NCBI GenBank assembly: GCA_964547475.1
Contig: CAZJNQ010000002.1
Coordinates: forward strand, 18,378 to 82,377
Reading direction: 5' to 3'
Length of the DNA: 64,000 nt
Source of the DNA: an uncultured Porphyromonadaceae bacterium
GTDB taxonomy: Bacteria; Bacteroidota; Bacteroidia; Bacteroidales; UBA12481
The stretch's first letter is position 1, and every line of letters starts with the position of its first letter. Positions 58,640 through 64,000 of this stretch are shown in pieces. The notes under the pieces are model-generated. The model was not told the DNA's origin. It saw nothing but the letters and a program-made list of their open reading frames with translations, and made no database searches. The position numbers were made by a program, and so were the translations under genes.

Positions 58640-59693
58640 CTCTGCCGTTTGCTTGTCTGTAATCCTAGCCTTGTTCCCATCCTGTGACAAGGATAACCCT
58701 GAAAAATCTGCGGATACAGGCTATCGTCACGGAGCTTTTATAACCAATGAAGGAGGATTCGGCAACAGCAACGGATCGGTCAGTTATTTCGATCCGGATT
58801 CAATTAAAATGGTCAATCATATTTTTGAGTTGATAAACGGCAGATCGCTTGGTGATGTGGTCCAGTCCATGTCTGTCCACGGAAATAAGGGATTTATCGT
58901 GGTCAATAATTCACAGAAACTGGAGGTCGTCGATTTGAATACGTTTGAATCACTGGGGATCATTGACGGGTTGAGTTACCCCAGGTTCTTCCTGCCGGTC
59001 AGCGATAATAAAGGTTACCTGTCGGATGGGAATTTTTCCGGAACCATTTATGTTGTTGACACCGACTTATTACAGATAACGGATTCCTTGCAGTGCGGAT
59101 TTGGGCCTGAGCATCTTTTACGATATGGCAATTTAGTCCTGGTTGCCAATTCAGGAGGGTGGGGAAACGACAGTACGATCACTGTCATTGATTCCCGCTC
59201 GGATGAAGTGGCCTGGACCTGGCAAACCGGTTACAACCCCACGGATATGGTTTTGGATGGAAAAGATAACCTCTGGGTTCTCTGCAAGGGTAAAATCGTC
59301 TGGGAGGGCTGGACCCTCGCGGAAGAAACCGGATCCTCGATTGAGGTTATAGATGTTCAAACAGGTTCCACGATCCGCTCGATACCTGTCGGAATGACGG
59401 GAGATTACTTCTGGCCGATGAGCATGGGTGTGTCTTCCGACGGTTCAACCATTTATTATCTTGAATCCGGAGGAGTTTACCGGATGGACTGCAATGCTTC
59501 AACGGCACCTGACGTGCCTCTGATCCAGGGTATATTCTACGGTTTCGGTATTGATCCCGAAACGGACCTTATTTACGGTCTGAGTGCACCCACCTTTACT
59601 GCCAATGGTTGGTTGCTCCGGTATGATCCGGCCGGATCACTGGTCGATTCAACCGAAGTGGGTATTGGGCCCAACCGCGTAGTTTTTAATTGA
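58626..59693 (+). CDS. Surface beta-propeller lipoprotein (YncE/DUF5074-like; BtuG-like by context)
   Basis: Signal peptide plus lipobox (ILALFPSC). Six to seven blade-like repeats end in x-V-[VI]-D (LEVVDLNTFE, IYVVDTDLLQ, ITVIDSRSDE, IEVIDVQTGS). The ATG overlaps the transporter 3' end by 14 nt. Confidence 0.78.
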   Translation: MKRNSSAVCLSVILALFPSCDKDNPEKSADTGYRHGAFITNEGGFGNSNGSVSYFDPDSIKMVNHIFELINGRSLGDVVQSMSVHGNKGFIVVNNSQKLEVVDLNTFESLGIIDGLSYPRFFLPVSDNKGYLSDGNFSGTIYVVDTDLLQITDSLQCGFGPEHLLRYGNLVLVANSGGWGNDSTITVIDSRSDEVAWTWQTGYNPTDMVLDGKDNLWVLCKGKIVWEGWTLAEETGSSIEVIDVQTGSTIRSIPVGMTGDYFWPMSMGVSSDGSTIYYLESGGVYRMDCNASTAPDVPLIQGIFYGFGIDPETDLIYGLSAPTFTANGWLLRYDPAGSLVDSTEVGIGPNRVVFN

Positions 59694-59711
59694 GGAACTT
59701 GTTTCTGAGTT

Positions 59712-59742
59712 CTTGGCTTGCCTCCATTAATCGCTACATTTG
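59712..59742 (+). promoter_or_regulatory. Bacteroidota promoter (-33-like cTTG, 19-nt spacer, -7 TACATTTG) for the secreted protease gene
   Basis: CTTG at 59712-15 and TACATTTG at 59735-42. The ORF-track TTG start at 59740 is the TTG of the box. The ATG is at 59767. Confidence 0.55.
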
Positions 59743-59766
59743 TCGGGAATCCGGAAACGGTCATAC

Positions 59767-62391
59767 ATGAGAAAGATCTGCCTTTCCCTTCTATTCTCGA
59801 TATTCTCCTGTGCGTTGCTGGCACAGGTAGAATATCCGGGTATCCCGTGGAGCCGGGAAAGAGACTTTAAGCAGGCACTTGAAATCCTCCGCTTGCCAAA
59901 CGTCACCCCTCAGGCAAGGAATGAGTATCTGAACCAGTTTTCCGATCGTCTGAAATCAAGTGTTTTTGCCTATCCGATTAACGTTTCCCTGGCGGATAGC
60001 AGGGATGGAGTGTGGGAAGAATTCAACGATGGGTCACGCATATGGAGACTGGCAGTAGAATCTCAAGGAGCTCGTTCAATTAACCTGATCTTCAGGAAAT
60101 TTCATATTCCTGCAGGAGCGGCCTTGTATCTTTATTCTCAGGATTACAAGGTGGTCAGGGGTGCCTTTACCCGTGACAATGAAACCCGTTCTGGAGTCTT
60201 CCCAACCATGCCGGTCCCCGGTGACCGGATCATCATCGAACTGGATCTCCCGGCATTTCCCGATTTTAAACCGGCCATTGAAATTATGCAGGTCAGCCAT
60301 GACTTCAAAGGTTTTTTCGGTTCCGAAGAGATGGATCATTCGGGTTCATGCAATGTAGATATAAATTGTCCTGCCGGGGCTGATTGGCAGATCGAAAAGA
60401 GATCGGTCGTAAAATTTATAAGGGGAGGAACGTTGTTGTGTTCAGGAGCTCTGATCAATAACACGGCCATCGATGGCAGGCCACTGCTGTTCACCGCAAA
60501 TCATTGCATCGGTGTTGAATGGCATGCCCAGCAATCCGTTTTTTATTTCCGTTACGAAAAACCGGATTGTGTCTCAGGAACAGGCTCGCTGCAATTCTCA
60601 CTTTCAGGTTCCAGGCTGCTGGCAACCACGAGCAAGTTGGATTTCAGCCTGGTTGAACTGAATACCGCACCCCCTAAGAATTATGAACCTTATTATGCAG
60701 GTTGGGACCGCAGGGTGGTCATCTATCTGGATTCCGTCACCTGCATCCACCATCCTGCCGGTGATGTCAAAAAGATATCCAAATCGTACCACCGGGTTGT
60801 AACAGGAGATTTCGGCGGCGGCTACGATAGCAATACGCATTGGTTGATCAGTCAATGGGACCTTGGGACAACGGAAGGTGGCTCATCCGGTTCACCCCTG
60901 TTTAATTCCGATCACCGGATTGTCGGGGATTTGACCGGTGGGGATGCAAGCTGCGATTATAACTTCAATGATTATTTTCAAAAGATCTCCATCAGTTGGG
61001 ACAAATATCCCGATTCCTCCGATCAGTTGAAATGCTGGCTTGATCCTGGCCAGACAGGGGCGCAGGTCATGAATGGATATGATCCTTACAGCGGCGGAAA
61101 ACCTCTGGCCAATTTTGAGGCCAGGCCTGAAATTATTCACCCGGGTAAGAATGTCTATCTGGCCGATCACTCAACGGGAAGCCCGGTTTCCTGGACCTGG
61201 ACCATTCCGGGTGCTGATCAGGAGTTATTGTCAGGCCAGGACCCCGGTCCCGTGGTTTTCGCGCAGACAGGGCTCTACACAATCACACTGAAGGTGCAGA
61301 ACTCCGAGGGGGTGGATTCCATCAGGCAAACGGTCAAGGTCTTCGATTGCCCCGGAGGCTGGATCAGCGAAAACCGGGTAGTCCGTGGCCGTGCCATCAC
61401 TCTCACAGATGCCAGTCGTGGGGAACCGCTGTCGGTCACCTGGAATGTGACCGGTGCTGAACCTTCCATGGCATCGGGATTGGAACCTGTGGTGCTTTCA
61501 TTCACAAATGCTGGCGAATTCACAGTAAAACAAGAGGTTGAATTTATCGATAACACTTATACCCTGATCCATTACAACCGGATTAAAGTGTTACCGGATG
61601 TGATCATTTATAAACCGGTCAGTTTCTCCAACGTCTCATCGGTTGATCATACCGGATACCTGACTCTCGGAAGCCGGGGTTACTGTCCCGGCTCCAACAG
61701 CGAAGGAATCACGGCATATGCGGAAGAGTTCCGGAATACGGGTGATACGGCCAGGATGATCACGGGCCTTACTATCGCCCTTGAGAAAATCTCCCTATGG
61801 GATTCCGTTTATTACCTTCCTTTGGTTGTTTGGGATTCCGCAAGGAAAGAAATGCACCGGGATTCAATCCTGCTGAACGACAAGGAGCCTGGCACCCGGA
61901 TAACCTGCTGGTTCAAAAGCCCTGTAAGCTTTAAAAAAGACCAGGTAACCTATGCCGGTTTTGAAATTAAGCCCTGGGAGAATGGAACCTTCTGTTCTGC
62001 CATGGCGGTCGACCGTGGTAAAGATGGCGCCAGCACGGTCTTTGCCGTCAGGAACAACCAGTGGCTGTCCATTACTGACCTGGCCGGCATTCATTCATCG
62101 ATCGATCTTTCCCTTGAAACGGCCTACTTGCCGGATACCTATGAACAGGAGATCCGGATCTTGCCTAATTCTAACGAGGGTAGTTTCTCACTAAACCTCG
62201 GGCATCTGGTTTATAATAAGGCCGGTGTTTCGGTTTTCAACCTGAAAGGCCAGAAGGTGATGTCGGATCTCACCCGTTCAGGCAATCTTATTGAACTGCA
62301 AATTCACCCGCCTGCATCGGGCATTTACCTGGTCAGCCTGAAGATTGATGACTATCGCTTTACTCAAAAAGTCGTGGTTATCAGGCATTAA
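59767..62391 (+). CDS. T9SS-secreted trypsin-fold serine endopeptidase (lysyl-endopeptidase-like) with two PKD domains and a C-terminal sorting domain
   Basis: Signal peptide MRKICLSLLFSIFSCALLAQ. Lys-C-like SGSCNVDINCPAG, catalytic His LLFTANHC, Asp DFSLVEL, and Ser TEGGSSGSPLF. Two PKD-like units are present (SWTWTIPG...YTITLKVQNSEG; SVTWNVTG...FTVKQEV). The T9SS CTD is ASGIYLVSLKIDDYRFTQKVVVI. Confidence 0.85.
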   Translation: MRKICLSLLFSIFSCALLAQVEYPGIPWSRERDFKQALEILRLPNVTPQARNEYLNQFSDRLKSSVFAYPINVSLADSRDGVWEEFNDGSRIWRLAVESQGARSINLIFRKFHIPAGAALYLYSQDYKVVRGAFTRDNETRSGVFPTMPVPGDRIIIELDLPAFPDFKPAIEIMQVSHDFKGFFGSEEMDHSGSCNVDINCPAGADWQIEKRSVVKFIRGGTLLCSGALINNTAIDGRPLLFTANHCIGVEWHAQQSVFYFRYEKPDCVSGTGSLQFSLSGSRLLATTSKLDFSLVELNTAPPKNYEPYYAGWDRRVVIYLDSVTCIHHPAGDVKKISKSYHRVVTGDFGGGYDSNTHWLISQWDLGTTEGGSSGSPLFNSDHRIVGDLTGGDASCDYNFNDYFQKISISWDKYPDSSDQLKCWLDPGQTGAQVMNGYDPYSGGKPLANFEARPEIIHPGKNVYLADHSTGSPVSWTWTIPGADQELLSGQDPGPVVFAQTGLYTITLKVQNSEGVDSIRQTVKVFDCPGGWISENRVVRGRAITLTDASRGEPLSVTWNVTGAEPSMASGLEPVVLSFTNAGEFTVKQEVEFIDNTYTLIHYNRIKVLPDVIIYKPVSFSNVSSVDHTGYLTLGSRGYCPGSNSEGITAYAEEFRNTGDTARMITGLTIALEKISLWDSVYYLPLVVWDSARKEMHRDSILLNDKEPGTRITCWFKSPVSFKKDQVTYAGFEIKPWENGTFCSAMAVDRGKDGASTVFAVRNNQWLSITDLAGIHSSIDLSLETAYLPDTYEQEIRILPNSNEGSFSLNLGHLVYNKAGVSVFNLKGQKVMSDLTRSGNLIELQIHPPASGIYLVSLKIDDYRFTQKVVVIRH

Positions 62392-63809
62392 TGCCTTTCT
62401 GAGCGAGAAGCCCTGATCTGCTCAATGAATGGCTTGATTTGCTCAACGGCCAGATCTTTGCCGGCAATCTTCCTGTCGGAGTCCAGCACAAAAATCCGCG
62501 GTGTCGTGTAGACCTGGTATTGCTCGATAAGCTGACGGTATTGAAGGGGAGAATATAAGTTGTACCAATCCAGGTGATGCTCTGAAATGAACTTGATCCA
62601 GGGCTCTTTTTCAGCATGGGTATTGATTGCCGCTATTTCACACCCAATAAGTTTAAGGGCCTGATATTCCTGATAAAGCTGTGGGGTTATTATTTTACAA
62701 TGGCTGCACCCGGGATCCCAGAAAAGCAGTACCAGGTATTCGCATTTAATGGTGTCAATCTCTACGGGGATGTCATCCGTGTTGACCAATCCCGATAATA
62801 CGGGTGCCATGTTCCCAAGCAGCAATGGCTTTAATTCGGCCGCGCGGACCAGAATGCCCTTCAGGTTGGTCGAATCGATCCAGGGAGCCTGTCCTTTCAG
62901 ATAATAATTTTCAGCGAGATAAACATAAACAGCATCCGTTCCCATTATTTTGGGATCCGAATACAGATTGAACAGGTACTGGAGAACGAAGTGAAAAACC
63001 TCCGGATGTGAGCGGGAACGTTCGATAATGGTGACAGCGTCCCGGATGATTGTATCAGGATAGGGGGGGACAACCTGGTTGAAGTACTGATCCAGTTTAG
63101 TCTCGATCAGGGGAGTCCTCAGCATCCTTTCATCTGCCAGATCCACGTCATCAAAGAAGTGTTCCCTGACATACCTGTATTGCTTCATCTGACCTTCCTG
63201 AGTCCGTTGCGAAGCCAGGGAATCGGGGATCCGTATAGGCTTCATGCCGCTGATGAACTTACCGGCAACCGTTCCACGCAATTCATTCAGGGCTGTCTCC
63301 CAGACCTGGTTGGAGGCTGCATTGAGCGTCCTTAATTCTTTATTGACCCATTGTACGGAATCGGCTGAGAGGTTGCCTTTTCTGATCTTTTCCTGTAATG
63401 AGGAGGATTGACTCCTGATCGAGCTCAACCGGGTCTGCCAACGATTGAAGCTTGTGTTTTCAGGTGATCCGTTGAACAGGATCTTGTCCCTGGAGCCAGA
63501 AGCCTCCGTGGAGATTTCAAAAACCTGCTGGTCACCGAGAAAGAACTCAATGTATTTCTTATCAGGAAAAACGATTTGATACATTCCCTGCGGCATCGGA
63601 GTTTCGGAGGAAAACAAGGCATTCCCGTCGCCCTGTGTGCGTACCGTATCATCCGTGTAGAATTTCATGCCAAACCGGTGCGCCAGGATCAGGTCGGCAG
63701 TGGGCAGGTCCGGTACGCGGACCAGGATCCTGTAACCCTGGCCCGGCAAGGAACAAAATGAAAGCAGGCCCACAACCGTTACTATATAAAAGCGGCGCAA
63801 AGAAGCCAT
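62388..63809 (-). CDS. Thioredoxin-fold (TlpA/ResA-like) protein with N-terminal DUF5106-like domain
   Basis: Signal peptide MASLRRFYIVTVVGLLSFCSLPGQ. C-terminal thioredoxin fold with CxxC (LLFWDPGCSHCKIITP) and cis-Pro region TPRIFVLD. The ORF-track TTG 63827 lies in the -7 box. Its stop overlaps the protease stop within TTAA. Confidence 0.82.
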   Translation of the reverse strand: MASLRRFYIVTVVGLLSFCSLPGQGYRILVRVPDLPTADLILAHRFGMKFYTDDTVRTQGDGNALFSSETPMPQGMYQIVFPDKKYIEFFLGDQQVFEISTEASGSRDKILFNGSPENTSFNRWQTRLSSIRSQSSSLQEKIRKGNLSADSVQWVNKELRTLNAASNQVWETALNELRGTVAGKFISGMKPIRIPDSLASQRTQEGQMKQYRYVREHFFDDVDLADERMLRTPLIETKLDQYFNQVVPPYPDTIIRDAVTIIERSRSHPEVFHFVLQYLFNLYSDPKIMGTDAVYVYLAENYYLKGQAPWIDSTNLKGILVRAAELKPLLLGNMAPVLSGLVNTDDIPVEIDTIKCEYLVLLFWDPGCSHCKIITPQLYQEYQALKLIGCEIAAINTHAEKEPWIKFISEHHLDWYNLYSPLQYRQLIEQYQVYTTPRIFVLDSDRKIAGKDLAVEQIKPFIEQIRASRSERH

Positions 63810-63824
63810 AGGCAGAATTTCCGG

Positions 63825-63832
63825 CAAAGATA
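63825..63832 (-). promoter_or_regulatory. Bacteroidota -7 promoter box (TATCTTTG) for the thioredoxin-fold gene
   Basis: Reverse strand reads TATCTTTG, an exact TAnnTTTG, 15 nt upstream of ATG 63809. Confidence 0.5.
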
Positions 63833-63841
63833 GACAATGAC

Positions 63842-63849
63842 TACATTTG
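63842..63849 (+). promoter_or_regulatory. Bacteroidota -7 promoter box (TACATTTG) for the right-edge glycosyltransferase gene
   Basis: Exact TAnnTTTG, 17 nt upstream of ATG 63867. It is divergent from the box at 63825-32. Confidence 0.5.
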
Positions 63850-63866
63850 ACCTAACGCAATAGTTC

Positions 63867-64000
63867 ATGCTTTCAGTATTAATTCCGGTTTTTGCCTGGG
63901 ATCCCACACAATTGGCCAGGGACCTGGAGAAACAGCTCGACCGTTCGGGTGTCGACTATGAGATCCTGATAGGTGATGATACGCCAAACTTAAAAAAACC
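63867..64000 (+). CDS. Glycosyltransferase family 2 (5' fragment, continues beyond the window)
   Basis: Hand translation gives MLSVLIPVFAWDPTQLARDLEKQLDRSGVDYEILIGDDTPNLKK. The LSVLIPV...(D/E)YEIL..DD pattern is the GT2 N-terminal nucleotide-binding motif. Not in the ORF track because there is no stop in the window. Confidence 0.6.
   Translation, partial: MLSVLIPVFAWDPTQLARDLEKQLDRSGVDYEILIGDDTPNLKK

Overview
This window is a dense, nearly gap-free chromosomal segment that reads as core genome of a Bacteroidota bacterium. The phylum call rests on a T9SS C-terminal sorting domain, the Bat aerotolerance operon, the TonB-receptor/DUF4249 and ECF-sigma/DUF4252 modules, an rpmB-rpmG-DUF4295 operon, and recurrent exact TAnnTTTG -7 promoter boxes. 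I call 56 CDS. Two are partial at the window edges, and two are absent from the ORF track: a 51-aa DUF4295 gene and a GTG-started gene that runs off the left edge. I also call one cobalamin riboswitch, one HTH gene remnant, four intrinsic terminators, 14 promoter boxes and two short tandem repeats. Housekeeping content is dnaA, dnaX, secA, ligA, ftsY, rimO, mnmE, truA, sucD, fabG, dapA, aroE, and the ribosomal operons rpmB-rpmG and rpsF-rpsR-rplI. Accessory-like content is a uronate/pectin catabolic block at the left edge (DUF4861, GH88/105, kduD, kduI), the 8-gene MoxR/DUF58/BatA-E operon, a TonB receptor/DUF4249 pair followed by an ECF sigma/anti-sigma/DUF4252 module, an envelope cluster next to dnaA (MCE protein, AmiC-type amidase, LptD-like), and a B12-riboswitch-controlled TonB transporter plus beta-propeller lipoprotein followed by a T9SS-secreted Lys-C-like protease. 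I found no rRNA, tRNA, CRISPR, transposase, integrase, phage or recognisable defence genes. I do not see an unambiguous new system. The best candidates for unexplored biology are: (i) an orphan BatA-N/VWA-like giant membrane protein with two tandem paralogous lipoproteins (6.8-11.0 kb); (ii) an MCE protein carrying a SPOR-like tail next to a SPOR amidase; (iii) the B12 capture module with its neighbouring secreted protease. Many longest-ORF TTG starts in the supplied track are artefacts of the TTG inside the -7 promoter box, and I corrected those starts.
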